DNA of 64,000 nt from Omnitrophica WOR_2 bacterium GWF2_43_52 (GCA_001805445.1 MHGF01000022.1:74613-138612), one strand, 5' to 3'. Shown: positions 29,001 through 38,648, counted from the first letter of the stretch. A program made the numbers and translations. Notes: generated from the sequence alone by a model not told the origin.

Positions 29001-29616
29001 CTGAACCAAATAATTCCCCCGCCTTCTTATAGAGCTTATCCCAATATTGTTTGCCTTCTGGGGTCTGGGGTGAAGTAAAGTTCGCGGTATCCTTCTTTAG
29101 CTGGACATCCGCCTCTAAGAATATCCTGCCAATATCAGTCATTGCCAAGTCATCATCTATGATGTTATTTGGCGAATCCGGCCTTAGGTTGACCCAGAAT
29201 TTATCATTAGGCAGGCTTAAGCCTATGAAGAAATACCTGAGTAAATTTTGAGTCTCACCTTCAAGGGCTTTTTCTTGTTTCTCTGGTGACGTGGTGACCT
29301 GGTGACGGGGTGACTCTTTTAAGAAATCCCCTTTATCTACAAGAAGCTTAAAATCATTGCTTTGGCTATCGTAGGAGATGTATCTTAAGTGCAGTGGACG
29401 AAATTTATCTTGGGGAATAACCGCGTTACGGGCTTGGTTAAAGTAACTGGAGATATCCAGCGTCCGGGCTACTTGGGCAAAGACTGGCTGTTCAAAGATA
29501 AGGCAAAAACAAAGGAAAAAATGGGCTATGCGCCCGCCACACTGCTTTGGCGGGCGTCTGCCTATGCTTTGTGGCGGACGTTGTGCGTTATGAGTCATAT
29601 TGAATATGATAGGCAA
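26062..29616 (-). CDS. giant multidomain protein B (1184 aa): conserved N-module, class I SAM-methyltransferase-like motif, Pol-beta-type nucleotidyltransferase-like motif and conserved C-module
   Basis: The N-terminal ~430 aa are ~85% identical to giant A. The central segment VIDSGSGDGLLALTALKLGASQAILIDND is a GxGxG SAM-binding-like motif. GFAGGIARKMV...AADIDIVI fits the hG[GS]x9-13Dh[DE]h nucleotidyltransferase signature. The C-terminus GGIDLRALPI...TEPALKQILIALESD matches A. Confidence 0.75.
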   Translation of the reverse strand: MPIIFNMTHNAQRPPQSIGRRPPKQCGGRIAHFFLCFCLIFEQPVFAQVARTLDISSYFNQARNAVIPQDKFRPLHLRYISYDSQSNDFKLLVDKGDFLKESPRHQVTTSPEKQEKALEGETQNLLRYFFIGLSLPNDKFWVNLRPDSPNNIIDDDLAMTDIGRIFLEADVQLKKDTANFTSPQTPEGKQYWDKLYKKAGELFGSENITIPTLTRPWIVPNEIIIRESPDNAYIYKATLKVMLEEDYLKSFQLSAVSQQQYNFKDPRLKELNEYSTQLIRELIIPKLTYQVNTSKRYASLRQVYYSLILAQWFKNKFSVPVNGLASKPVNSLTGKPDNPYSKLIDSRDLTNLTSKEPYDKEEYFKQYQKSFQDGEYNITEPVYTPYGQNIRRYLSGGIEGFMSSSAVTTMIPAKKDMPEIMNDAYAYPIKYLTNLEKQLWQRIEKELKAIKGVGGERKYYIHAQREIDDSVTYNGIEQATLLVRVKDNHQGYDLVKIGGLFFIDKEVYEDLEKDLELRAALKERAIVVSDLSDSTIGESEEKGGRMKLFTSATILLMLNSNIAGKCVIDSGSGDGLLALTALKLGASQAILIDNDEASLNKARQHFEANKFREGVHFWCIAGDLTNKDTLMPKIPEIKDSIVLISNIGTWPGDYGPVTNLTSVGLILNMIKDRNIRIDKIILGGYQSKEFIGHLPDGDIAQLKKYGFHTRPEQSYVGGCVSISAASSVVEVDGKSFQLARLEDSERKENRGINIAVDEDILYITNELEKKGVYFGFAGGIARKMVTGIKPSLRAADIDIVIRGYDKSKVRSVSEIIYFIEDMTRIKFKDTPLHVLNLGKDPDSEELFLYEDELYAKVDILRDFSLNRLIVHKDTSGWVVTSSAGGDYAEDIIQKRLSLIPAVSRHGTNRLLKLDTIFRCVRLMLEFPDMTVDDKSREEIKRIVDEMSEVESKTIREIVSNYLKKPKQNIHNIPENFLDMFARAKNPDTIIPLLKEIGGTRQTLFSILEALPIENIARIVKENKFTNYKGLLTYLADHGGIAAIANSSPLNEKVHDVGGIDLRALPITAQPALGNQLSMFGSAPISLNINFDEECRQIEVMLKNDFIPATARIRDMAYTASQSSAVSSEQIEVVITHIAEILRAQEQKFIPTEPALKQILIALESDNPAQEVQLALSRIVVNPHN

Positions 29617-29760
29617 TGCCAGGCATAGTCAAGTGAAAATGACACTTGTTTATGCCTGGCATTGTGCGGGGCTATTAGCTACCTAAAATATACTACATTT
29701 TAAGTCCAAAACAAGGCTAAAACAGGGGGTTCGGGAAAGCGCTTTCTAATGAGGCCACAA
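29617..29760. promoter_or_regulatory. duplicated leader and promoter region of giant gene B, near-identical to 15869-16010 upstream of giant gene A; contains the AATGCCAGGCATA hairpin
   Basis: Nucleotide-level near-identity between the two regions, seen by direct comparison. The hairpin copy at 29625-29680 lies inside it. Confidence 0.6.
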
Positions 29761-29924
29761 CTTATGGAGCGCAAGCGAACATAAGTTGTCTGGCCGAATT
29801 ATCCCGCCGAGTGAGGCCAAAATTATCGAAGACCTTTCCTTAAGCGGACAGGAAAGTCTACCCTTCTGGGTTAGAGAATTTTGCCTCGGCTTACCTGTAT
29901 GCCAAACAAGCAGGCAGGCGAGGT

Positions 29925-30005
29925 GGGAAATACACGCGAATGGACGCGAATAAAGGGGAAGAATATTTGCGCGAATTTACGCGAATTGACCAAGAAAACA
30001 GATGC
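29925..30005. repeat. CGCGAAT/ACGCGAAT variant of the MITE-like half-site array
   Basis: The sequence cacgcgaatggacgcgaataaagg...gcgcgaatttacgcgaattgacc. The 29881-30123 '+' ORF overlapping it is probably not coding. Confidence 0.45.
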
Positions 30006-30246
30006 GCAAGTTTATGCGGATTTTGAGAAAAAAAGTTCGCAGATTATGCAAAGAGCATTAGAATGGTTCTTCAGAGCAGCACTTTCTTTGAAAGAACCAT
30101 TTCTGCGAATTGAAAAATATTGATAGTTTAGCAATAATATCAAAACTTTAATGCTTCCTTCCAAAGGCAAGGCTAGCGCCTACCTGATAGGCAGGGAAGC
30201 ACGAAGTGACATTCGTTCGATTGTCAGGTATTTGTAACACAGAACA

Positions 30247-33200
30247 CTACTTTTTATCTTTATTAAATGCCATATATAAAACCGGCACAAGGATTAAGGT
30301 GATAAAGGTCGAGAAGCTTAATCCGCCGAGCATGCTTACCCCTAAGGGCCTCCACAATTCCGAGCCCTCCCCCCTGCTTATTGCTAACGGAAGCATCCCA
30401 AATAAAGTCGTAATAGTGGTCATCAATACCGGACGAAGCCTGTTTACCCCGCCGGTAACAATGGCCTCAAAGATAGGAAGGCCTTTTTTACGCAGAAGAT
30501 TCGTATAGTCAACCAGCACGATAGCGTTATTAACCACGATACCGCCTAGCATCACTAATCCTAAGAATGCCAGGATGCTTAAATGTACCCCTGATACTAA
30601 AAGGCTAAAGGCTACACCGGTAAAAGCAAAGGGCACGGAAAACATAACAATAAAGGGGTCAACCAGCGACTCAAACTGGGAAGCCATTACCATATACACA
30701 AGGATTCCTCCCAGCATAAAAAGTAAGATTAAATCCTTAAATGCCTTTGCCTGCTCTTCAACATCGCTTCCTAAGTTAATCACTACATCCCTGGGAATAT
30801 CCATATCCGCAAGTATTCCCCGAATGTCTTTAGTAATGTCTCCCAATGAACGCTTAAAGGTATTCGCCTCAACCTTAATAATCCTCTGCTGATTCTGCCT
30901 TTCAATATCAATAGGCCCTACCCCTTGGCTTATATATGCCACATTATTAAGCCGGATTATCTTTCCTGAATGAGAGGTAAGCGGAATGTTTTCTATATCA
31001 GGGATACTTGCGCGGTCATCATCTTTGAGGCGCAAGAATATATCATATTCATCCCCTCCTTGGCGAAACTTGCTTGCGGTTTTACCGGAAAAATACGTCT
31101 GCAAGGAATCAGTAATACCTGCCATACTCAGTCCTAAGGAAGAAGCCTTTTGCCTATCTACTACCACCTTAAGCTCCGGCCTGCCTAATTCCCGGGAAAT
31201 TGTTATATCCGAAAGGCCTTGTACCTGGGATATTTCGGATTGAAGCTTATAGGCAAGCGCGTCGGTATCCTTGAAGTCATGGCCTAAGATTTCTATGGAA
31301 ACAGGCTTACCGCCGCCGAAGATAATCCGCGAGAAAGGGCTACCTCCTTGAATATTTACTTTTTTTACCCCTAAGAGCGCTTTAATCTTTGGGCGTATAC
31401 CTTGAGCAATCTCTTTAGATGAACGCGCGCGCGTATCCAGTTTCGCTAACTTAATCGCCATATTAATAACATGTGAGCCCATCTTTGAGCCAAAGGCCGC
31501 GCCAAAGCGTGCCGCGCCCGAATACCCGTAGCGGCTGGATACCGCCACTGCCTCTGGAACATTTTTGCTGATAATATTTTCTATCTCTAGCACTGCCTTG
31601 GCGGTTTCTTCGTAGCGGGTTCCCACCGGAAGCTCAATCATCAGGCTTAAATCTCCGGTATCTTCTTCAGGAATAAATTCTGTGCCTATCTTGGGGACGA
31701 TGAGGATACTGGCGATAAAAACAGCCAGGGCAGCCGTAAAGGTCATCTTTTTATGCCCTAATGCCCAGGCTAACGTTTTGGAATACCTTTGCTCTACAAA
31801 GGTAAAAAAACCGCCGCTTGTTTCATAAAACCTCTGATAGAAGGTTTTGTTTTTATTTTTTATATTTTCTTCCGGAAGATGAGTAAGTAATTTTGAGCAA
31901 AGCATAGGGCTTAAGGTTAAAGCCGTAAAAAGCGAGGCAAGTAAAGTTACCGTGACAAGTATTGCCAACTGTTTAAACATAATTCCCGTGACGCCTGTAA
32001 GAAACGCCATAGGCAAAAATACTACCACCGTAGTAAGGGTCGACGCGGAAATGGCAAGGCCGACCTCTGATGTTCCGTTAATAGCCGCATCCCTAGGATT
32101 TTCTCTTTTCTCCCTGTGGCGGTACACATTATCGGTAACCACAATGGCATTATCCACGACCATGCCAATGGCAATCGCTAAACTTGAGAGCGACATAATG
32201 TTAATGGTATAACCCAGAAAATACATCACAATAAAAGCTATGATGAGAGAAAAAGGAATGGTTAAGGCGATGATAAGGCTTGGGCGAAGTTGGCGCAAAA
32301 AGAAAAACACTACCAGGACGACAAACAACCCGCCCCAATATACGGTTTTGCTCAAGTCGCGGATTGACTGCAGGATGTGTTCGGAATTATCAATAAGAAA
32401 TGAAAATTTGATATCCGAGGGAAGCCTCCCCTCCAAGCCATTGATTGCTTTTTTTACCTGGCCTGCTACCTCAACCGTATTTGCCCCGGAGCGCTTTTGC
32501 ACCATAAGCGTTACCCCAGGCCTGCCATTACTGCGCACGCCCATGGTCTGCTCTTTAAACGAATCCTCAACAAGCGCGATATCTTTTATATACACCATCT
32601 TTTCGCCGTCCTGAGCAATCACGATATCCTTAATTTCATCGGCTGAAATAAATTCTCCCGGAACCCGCAAGGTATAATCAAGATATCCTGTTTTTAAGTT
32701 TCCGGCAGGAAGGCTTACGTTTTCATTTTTGATTCTTTGCGCGACTTCCTGGACAGAAAGGCGGTATGCCTCTAAGCGGCCGCGGTCAAGCCTTACATTA
32801 ATCTGGCGCTCAAAGCCCCCGTATATCTGCACTGCCCCTACCCCGGGAATCCTTTTGAGGTAATCGCCTACCTGCTTATCAACCAGATGATAGAGCTGCT
32901 GATAATTTTCCTGGGCACAATTGACCCCGATAAATAAAATTGGAATCATGGATGTGTTAAACTTAAAGACTATCGGGGTTTCAATCTCTTCCGGCAGGCT
33001 TCTCTTGGCAAACTCAAGCCTGTCGCGCACATCATTAGATGCCTCATCAAGGTTTACCCCCCACTTAAAGCGGCAGCTTACCATAGAAAGCCCCTCCATC
33101 GAACGGGAGGTAAGCTTATCAAGGTTAGAAACAATAGCCAAATTATTCTCTATAACTTCGGTTATCTTCGCCTCAACATCTTCCGCTGAAGCCCCTTCAT

Positions 33201-33351
33201 AAACCGTTAATACTGAAATAACCGGCGGCTCAATCTCGGGCATAAGGTCTATTGACAGCTTGCCTAGCGACACAAGCCCAATGACCAATACCGCAAAGAA
33301 AATCATGATATTGGTAACCGGAAATTTTACTCCAAATTCTGGTAACCGCAT
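30247..33351 (-). CDS. RND efflux transporter permease (AcrB/HAE1 family)
   Basis: 1034 aa with 12 TM helices and two large periplasmic loops. Typical AcrB-family layout. Confidence 0.9.
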   Translation of the reverse strand: MRLPEFGVKFPVTNIMIFFAVLVIGLVSLGKLSIDLMPEIEPPVISVLTVYEGASAEDVEAKITEVIENNLAIVSNLDKLTSRSMEGLSMVSCRFKWGVNLDEASNDVRDRLEFAKRSLPEEIETPIVFKFNTSMIPILFIGVNCAQENYQQLYHLVDKQVGDYLKRIPGVGAVQIYGGFERQINVRLDRGRLEAYRLSVQEVAQRIKNENVSLPAGNLKTGYLDYTLRVPGEFISADEIKDIVIAQDGEKMVYIKDIALVEDSFKEQTMGVRSNGRPGVTLMVQKRSGANTVEVAGQVKKAINGLEGRLPSDIKFSFLIDNSEHILQSIRDLSKTVYWGGLFVVLVVFFFLRQLRPSLIIALTIPFSLIIAFIVMYFLGYTINIMSLSSLAIAIGMVVDNAIVVTDNVYRHREKRENPRDAAINGTSEVGLAISASTLTTVVVFLPMAFLTGVTGIMFKQLAILVTVTLLASLFTALTLSPMLCSKLLTHLPEENIKNKNKTFYQRFYETSGGFFTFVEQRYSKTLAWALGHKKMTFTAALAVFIASILIVPKIGTEFIPEEDTGDLSLMIELPVGTRYEETAKAVLEIENIISKNVPEAVAVSSRYGYSGAARFGAAFGSKMGSHVINMAIKLAKLDTRARSSKEIAQGIRPKIKALLGVKKVNIQGGSPFSRIIFGGGKPVSIEILGHDFKDTDALAYKLQSEISQVQGLSDITISRELGRPELKVVVDRQKASSLGLSMAGITDSLQTYFSGKTASKFRQGGDEYDIFLRLKDDDRASIPDIENIPLTSHSGKIIRLNNVAYISQGVGPIDIERQNQQRIIKVEANTFKRSLGDITKDIRGILADMDIPRDVVINLGSDVEEQAKAFKDLILLFMLGGILVYMVMASQFESLVDPFIVMFSVPFAFTGVAFSLLVSGVHLSILAFLGLVMLGGIVVNNAIVLVDYTNLLRKKGLPIFEAIVTGGVNRLRPVLMTTITTLFGMLPLAISRGEGSELWRPLGVSMLGGLSFSTFITLILVPVLYMAFNKDKK

Positions 33352-33441
33352 ATTATCCTCGTTTCGCTCGGGAGTTTACAGTTAACAGTGAACAGCACAT
33401 GAAAAAACTATCTTCTTTTAACAAATGTTTCAGCTGTTATT

Positions 33442-34368
33442 TTACTCCGCTACATTCACCTGCGCGCCGTCTTTTAACCCCTGCTGGCCAAAGACAAGTA
33501 TCCTTTGATTTTCCTCTAAACCTTCAAGAATTTCAATTTTATTGTCCTGCCGTATCCCCAGCCTTACCCTTACTTTCTTAGCAATAGAATCTTCTGCCAC
33601 ATACACAAAATCACTGTTATCTTCTTTGACCAAGGCATCCGCGGGGATAACCAAAACGTTAGCGTGTTTTCCGGCGAAAATCCTGATTCGGGCGAACATC
33701 CCTGACTTTAGGCGATGTTGGGGATTGGAAATAACAATTTCTATAGGAAGTGTCCTGGTAAGAGTATCAACCACCTCGCTTACTTTTGAAATTTCTCCGC
33801 TGAATTCTTCATTCGGGTAGGCATCAACAAGAAGAAAAGCCTTAAACCCTTTGGCAATAAAAGGAATATCCTGTTCCCGTATGGCTAATCTTACAATCAT
33901 CTCATCCATATTCAGCACTATAGCTACAGCTGTTGGTTTTGCCGTGTTCGCTGCCATCACATCAGCTCCTTTATCAAGCAAAGTCATGCCTACCCTGCCG
34001 GCTATTGGCGCCTCTACCTTGGCTAATTCATACTTTAACCCGGTCTCATCCCTGTCTATCAAGGCAATTACCTGTCCCTTTTCCACCGGCTCGCCTTCTA
34101 TTGCCGCGTAGCTCGACAACTTGCCGCCAACTTTAGAGAAAATAAACACCTCATCTTTAGCTTTTATATTCCCCACGTACGAAAGGATAAAATCCAAGTC
34201 CTCTCTTTTTACCCTATCTGACTTAACGGTTGTCTTCTCGTGGCTTCGCTTTTGCGCAAGGACAACTTTATCCGTAGGTTTTTTGGAAAGAAACAACCTT
34301 TTCACAAAACCTATACCGATAATATGTAAAACAATAATTAAAAAAACTATGCTTTTCTTTCTTTTCAT
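33442..34368 (-). CDS. RND efflux periplasmic adaptor (membrane fusion protein, HlyD family)
   Basis: 308 aa. N-terminal TM anchor, then biotinyl-lipoyl-like and beta-barrel segments (VEAPIAGRVG...). Lies upstream of the RND gene. Confidence 0.8.
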   Translation of the reverse strand: MKRKKSIVFLIIVLHIIGIGFVKRLFLSKKPTDKVVLAQKRSHEKTTVKSDRVKREDLDFILSYVGNIKAKDEVFIFSKVGGKLSSYAAIEGEPVEKGQVIALIDRDETGLKYELAKVEAPIAGRVGMTLLDKGADVMAANTAKPTAVAIVLNMDEMIVRLAIREQDIPFIAKGFKAFLLVDAYPNEEFSGEISKVSEVVDTLTRTLPIEIVISNPQHRLKSGMFARIRIFAGKHANVLVIPADALVKEDNSDFVYVAEDSIAKKVRVRLGIRQDNKIEILEGLEENQRILVFGQQGLKDGAQVNVAE

Positions 34369-35642
34369 CGTGCCCCCATCGCGCTATCCAGTTCTGCCTT
34401 TGCCATCAGGCAATCATAGAGCGCTTGCGTATGATTAAACCCAGAAACTAAAAGCGCTAAGCTGGCGTCTTTCATATCGAGCTGGCTTGCTATGCCATCG
34501 TTATACCGCGCTTCCAGGATACGCGCGTTATCCGCGTATACCTCACTATCTTTCTTGCTCGCGGCGAGTTTCGCTATCGCTGTTTTTAAAGATACATACG
34601 CTTCTTTTACCTGAAACGCAATATCCATAATAAGCTTATCTTTCAAAATTGCATCTTGCTTCAAGGCACTTACTGCCTGCTCAACCTTTGCCTTCGTAAG
34701 CCATCCGTCAAAAATAGGCCAGCTCATTGTAAGCCCCAGCGTATTATAATCCTGCCATCCTTTACCGGGAGAAAAGGTCAACGAGGTAGTGGAACGGCTG
34801 GCATAATCAAAAGACGCGTAAATACTCGGCCGGTTATCCGCCCTGGCTATTGCGACGGCCTTGGTATCAACTGCCTGCTGCGCCTCATACTGCTTAATTT
34901 CCGGCCGCTGCCGTAACGCGCTAAGTATAGCCTCATCTATGGCTATCTGGCGCTCTGAATATTCAAAATTGTACACTATGTCAAACTCGGTATCAACCTG
35001 AAGATAGAGAATATTCTTTAATACCACTAAGGCATTCTCCTTCTGATTAAGCGCTTCCTCGCTCAGGCTTTCATAGACGGCAAGGCTTGACTCAAAACGC
35101 AGCACCTCCGACTCAGAGGCTTGCCCTTTTTCATAGCGCGCCCGGACAGCCGCGCAATGTTCTTGAGTATTCTCAAGAATTTCGCTATTTACCCGCGCCA
35201 ATTCCTTGGCAAGCGATAAGGCGTAAAAAGCCTTCTTTACCTTTGTCACTGTATCCAAAACCGCCTTTTCTAAAATCGCCTCTTGAAGTTCACTTTTATG
35301 TCCGGCCTGCTTTAAGGTATTGACAGTTTTACCTCCTTGGTAAAGGTACTGTTTTACCCCTGTTGAAAAAGAATAGCTAAGAATATCTTTCTTATAAAGC
35401 CCGCGCGTATCGGTAGCGGTACTGCCTAAGGTTACTTCCGGGAAATACCCGCTTCTTGCCTCATCAATTTCAAGCGCCGCCTGACGCAGCTTCTCTTGAT
35501 TCCAGAGGATATCGCAATTATCTCTCAAAGCAATCGCGATTGCTTCATCTAACGTAAAAACAATATTTTTTATCTCGGCTCTTGCAGGGCAGGCCGCGCT
35601 CAAAAGGAAAAAAAATATGTAGAGTACGTTAGATAGCCTCAT
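34365..35642 (-). CDS. TolC-like outer membrane efflux protein (OEP family)
   Basis: Two repeated coiled-coil/beta halves typical of OEP. Preferred start MRLSNV... at 35642 avoids overlap with the marR ORF. The track start is 35711. Confidence 0.75.
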   Translation of the reverse strand: MRLSNVLYIFFFLLSAACPARAEIKNIVFTLDEAIAIALRDNCDILWNQEKLRQAALEIDEARSGYFPEVTLGSTATDTRGLYKKDILSYSFSTGVKQYLYQGGKTVNTLKQAGHKSELQEAILEKAVLDTVTKVKKAFYALSLAKELARVNSEILENTQEHCAAVRARYEKGQASESEVLRFESSLAVYESLSEEALNQKENALVVLKNILYLQVDTEFDIVYNFEYSERQIAIDEAILSALRQRPEIKQYEAQQAVDTKAVAIARADNRPSIYASFDYASRSTTSLTFSPGKGWQDYNTLGLTMSWPIFDGWLTKAKVEQAVSALKQDAILKDKLIMDIAFQVKEAYVSLKTAIAKLAASKKDSEVYADNARILEARYNDGIASQLDMKDASLALLVSGFNHTQALYDCLMAKAELDSAMGAR

Positions 35643-35643
35643 G

Positions 35644-36045
35644 CTAATTCTTGTTTTCCTTAAGATGCCGGTGAATCTTGGTAAGTATGTCGCGATAGGT
35701 ATTCCTGTCATAGGCGCTCAGATGCCCAAACATGCTAATAATGGCTTTATGCCGGGCTTGATTATGCTTTGCTATCACTTTTCTTCCGCCTGCGGTAATG
35801 CTGATATTCACCACGCGCCTGTCACCGGCGCTGCTGCCGCGCACCACAAAACCATTCTTTACCAGCCTGTCCACAATACCCGTTGTGGCCGCCGTGCTTA
35901 CTGAAAGGTGTTTTGCCAGTTCTCCCATGCGCATTGAGGTTTTATCCTTTAACACATCAAGGACAAAAACCTGCGGCAGCGATATACGGCCTTCAACGAC
36001 CTCTTTCGCCTGCTGTTTCAAAAACTTACGCATGATATCCGACAA
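35644..36045 (-). CDS. MarR family transcriptional regulator
   Basis: 133 aa. Winged-HTH pattern MGELAKHLSVSTAATTGIVDRLVKNGFV.R....DRR. First gene of the efflux operon. Confidence 0.8.
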   Translation of the reverse strand: MSDIMRKFLKQQAKEVVEGRISLPQVFVLDVLKDKTSMRMGELAKHLSVSTAATTGIVDRLVKNGFVVRGSSAGDRRVVNISITAGGRKVIAKHNQARHKAIISMFGHLSAYDRNTYRDILTKIHRHLKENKN

Positions 36046-36179
36046 CAGTATTGAAACGTCGTCAGCAAAATTGACAAGCGCGTCGCCAGGAATAATTAAC
36101 CTCCATAATATTTAAGTATCTTAAATATTTACTAAATAAAGTTTATCACACTTCTCCCGAATTTCAAGAAAAGAATCTG

Positions 36180-36695
36180 TTAGGGCCTTACGATGAGGCG
36201 GTTTAAAAAGGCAATTTCCGCTTCAAGTAATTCCTGATTATGCGCGACTATTACGGATAAATTTGGCGGGGCGCCTTTAGAAAGCGTGGCTTTAAGTTTT
36301 TCTAAGCCTTTTTTGAGGCGGGTGAGCAATTTCAGCCTCACTTTCAGGTAGCGCTCTCTTTGTTCTGGAGGGATATAGTTAAGAAAATAGAGCGATACAT
36401 CAATGCTGAAATACGGCCGCTCAATAGTGAGTAAATTTTTAAGCAAAAGCTTCTTAAATGCTTCCTTGCCCTTCGGAGTAATCTTATAGGTATAGCGGAT
36501 AGGCCTCTTGCCTTCTTTATCAACAGCCTGGGTAACCAAGCCGCCTTTTAACATCTTTTTAAGAGGATAATAAATAGAGTCGGTTTTTATACCGGTAAAG
36601 GTAGCGGTAATTTCCTGAAGGAGTTTTTTTAACTGGTAGCCGTGTTTTGGCCCGTCTTGGAGAAGGCCTAGGAAGAATAATTCCTGCTCTTTCAT
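36180..36695 (-). CDS. PadR family transcriptional regulator
   Basis: 171 aa. PadR signature HGYQL....L......GIKTDSIYYPLKKMLKGGLV plus a C-terminal extension. Confidence 0.75.
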   Translation of the reverse strand: MKEQELFFLGLLQDGPKHGYQLKKLLQEITATFTGIKTDSIYYPLKKMLKGGLVTQAVDKEGKRPIRYTYKITPKGKEAFKKLLLKNLLTIERPYFSIDVSLYFLNYIPPEQRERYLKVRLKLLTRLKKGLEKLKATLSKGAPPNLSVIVAHNQELLEAEIAFLNRLIVRP

Positions 36696-36699
36696 TTCT

Positions 36700-36790
36700 T
36701 AAACGCGAATTTACGCTGATTTTTTCTTGCCTGCCGTATAGGCAAGCGCGAATATCCGCGAATTTTTATTCGCGTCTATTCGAGTTTTAG
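36700..36790. repeat. CGCGAAT-variant half-site array (aaacgcgaatttacgc...gcgcgaatatccgcgaatttttattcgcg)
   Basis: Read directly. Same family as the other MITE-like elements. Confidence 0.5.
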
Positions 36791-37719
36791 GCGAAGACGC
36801 CGATTTTTCTGAATTTCTGATAACGTTGGGCGAGTAGTATATCAACAGGAATTTGTTTTAACTCATCAAGGTGTTTCTTGATTGTCTTTTTAAGGCTTTG
36901 GGCGGTTTTCTGCGCGTCGCGATGCGCGCCTCCCTGAGGCTCATTCACAATATCATCAATAATCCCTAACTCTAAGAGTTCCTGAGCGGTTAATTTTAAG
37001 GCGCTTGCCGCCTCGTTGGCCTTGGCAGAATCTTTCCAGAGAATAGCCGCGCAGCCTTCGGGAGAAATTACTGAATAATAAGCATTTTCCATCACGCATA
37101 CCCTGTCTCCTATGCCAATACCAAGCGCGCCTCCTGAGCCGCCTTCCCCAATAACTACCACGACTATCGGCACTCCTATCAGGACCATCTCGCGCAGGTT
37201 TAAGGCAATAGCCTGGGCCTGGCCCCTTTCTTCCGCGCCTATCCCCGGGTATGCCCCGGGAGTATCAATCAAGGTAACTATAGGAACATTGAATTTTTGG
37301 GCAAGCTGCATAAGGCGAAGCGCTTTACGGTAGCCTTCGGGATGGGCGCAGCCGAAATTACGCTTAAGGTTTTCTTTGGTATCCCTGCCTTTTTGATGGC
37401 CCAGCACCAAAATCTTCTGGCCATCGAGTTTAGCCAGCCCGGAAACCATTGCTTTATCGTCGCTAAAAAGCCTGTCACCGTGCAATTCGCAAAAATCAGT
37501 TAGCATTAAGTCGATATAATCAAGGGTATACGGGCGCCGGGGATGGCGGGCAATCTTGACGCGCTGCCAAGCTGTAAGGTTTTGGTAAATCTCATTCTTC
37601 TTTTTTTCCAATTCCTGCTCAAGGCGCTTGATTACCTCTTTATCTTTGGTAATGTGCCGTAATTCCTCAATCTTGCGCTCTAATTCCAGTATTGGCCGCT
37701 CGAAATCTAATCCAATCAT
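36787..37719 (-). CDS. accA: acetyl-CoA carboxylase carboxyltransferase subunit alpha
   Basis: 310 aa, colinear with E. coli AccA. Motifs LDFE.PI.ELE.KI, ARHP.RPYTLDY, GRDTKE...RNFG and GEGGSGGALGIG. Confidence 0.9.
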   Translation of the reverse strand: MIGLDFERPILELERKIEELRHITKDKEVIKRLEQELEKKKNEIYQNLTAWQRVKIARHPRRPYTLDYIDLMLTDFCELHGDRLFSDDKAMVSGLAKLDGQKILVLGHQKGRDTKENLKRNFGCAHPEGYRKALRLMQLAQKFNVPIVTLIDTPGAYPGIGAEERGQAQAIALNLREMVLIGVPIVVVVIGEGGSGGALGIGIGDRVCVMENAYYSVISPEGCAAILWKDSAKANEAASALKLTAQELLELGIIDDIVNEPQGGAHRDAQKTAQSLKKTIKKHLDELKQIPVDILLAQRYQKFRKIGVFA

Positions 37720-37721
37720 TT

Positions 37722-37790
37722 TAAAACACGAATAGACACAAATTATACACGAATACGCGCGAATATCCGCATAAAATATAATTTGCTGCT
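37722..37790. repeat. MITE-like ACACGAAT-family element (aaaacacgaatagacacaaattatacacgaatacgcgcgaatatccgc)
   Basis: Read directly. Confidence 0.5.
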
Positions 37791-37811
37791 ATTCCTATGA
37801 ATTTAGAGATA

Positions 37812-38636
37812 TCAATCAACAATAATAACCTCTGTGCCTACGGGAAGCAGGCTATAGAGTTCCTCTACTTCTGCGTTATGCATCCGCACGCAGCCGGCAG
37901 TCGCTTGTTTTCCAATACTTCCGGGGTCGGTAGTGCCGTGGATACCATAGCTTGCGATATCGAAACCAAGCCAGCGTGTCCCTAAAATATTTTCCGGGCT
38001 ATCAGCAGGAACAACCGCTCCTGCTTTATACCAGGTAGGATTTACCAATTTTGTGGTTATTTTAAAATTACCCACTGGAGTTGAATTGCTGGTTCCGGTT
38101 GCTACATTATATATTTTCACAATCTCATCGTTTGATTTCAGGACCAGAATATTCTGTGATTTATCAACAAACACGCTGAACTTAGCCGTCCATATTTTAA
38201 GCTTTTGGCCCGGGGTGATTCGGTCAGAGGTAAGATTATTGCTTCTTTTAATGAGTTCTACGGTGGTAGTAAATTGCTTGGCAATTTTGACAAGAGAATC
38301 TAACGGCTGAACATCATACGATTGGCTTACACCGGTAACAATAAGCGGAGAGAGGATAATTTTCAGGTTCACTTCATCAAGTCTTTTCTGCCACGCGTTT
38401 ACGTCTTTATGCCCGGGGAAATCATTGATTAATTTTGTATACGCTGCCTTGATGGCCACAAGATCCCCTTTTTGCTCCATGGCTTGAGCTTCTTTGAGAA
38501 GGCTTTGCACTGACGTGTGTGCTGCAACAGGAGAATTACCTGTCGATGAAACACGGGGCCTAAAAATAAAAAAGGCTCCGGCTATCCCTACGGCTAAGAA
38601 AAATATCACAATAAGCACAATTCTGTTTCTCACCAA
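37812..38636 (-). CDS. L,D-transpeptidase (YkuD domain) with LysM domain
   Basis: 274 aa. N-terminal TM or signal, LysM-like YDVQPLDSLVKIAKQF...GQKLKI, and catalytic HGTTDPGSIGKQATAGCVRM. Confidence 0.8.
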   Translation of the reverse strand: MVRNRIVLIVIFFLAVGIAGAFFIFRPRVSSTGNSPVAAHTSVQSLLKEAQAMEQKGDLVAIKAAYTKLINDFPGHKDVNAWQKRLDEVNLKIILSPLIVTGVSQSYDVQPLDSLVKIAKQFTTTVELIKRSNNLTSDRITPGQKLKIWTAKFSVFVDKSQNILVLKSNDEIVKIYNVATGTSNSTPVGNFKITTKLVNPTWYKAGAVVPADSPENILGTRWLGFDIASYGIHGTTDPGSIGKQATAGCVRMHNAEVEELYSLLPVGTEVIIVD

Positions 38637-38648
38637 ACCCTCCTTAGG

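Noticed and set aside
29881-30123. 80-aa plus-strand ORF between giant gene B and the RND operon
   Set aside because: It overlaps the CGCGAAT repeat array and the duplicated leader region, has no RBS and has an Arg/Lys-rich low-complexity translation. Probably non-coding.
35644-35711. 68-nt overlap between the marR and tolC-like ORFs
   Set aside because: Resolved by using the in-frame downstream Met (MRLSNV…) for the TolC-like gene, giving a 1-nt gap. The overlap is an ORF-calling artefact, not a real feature.
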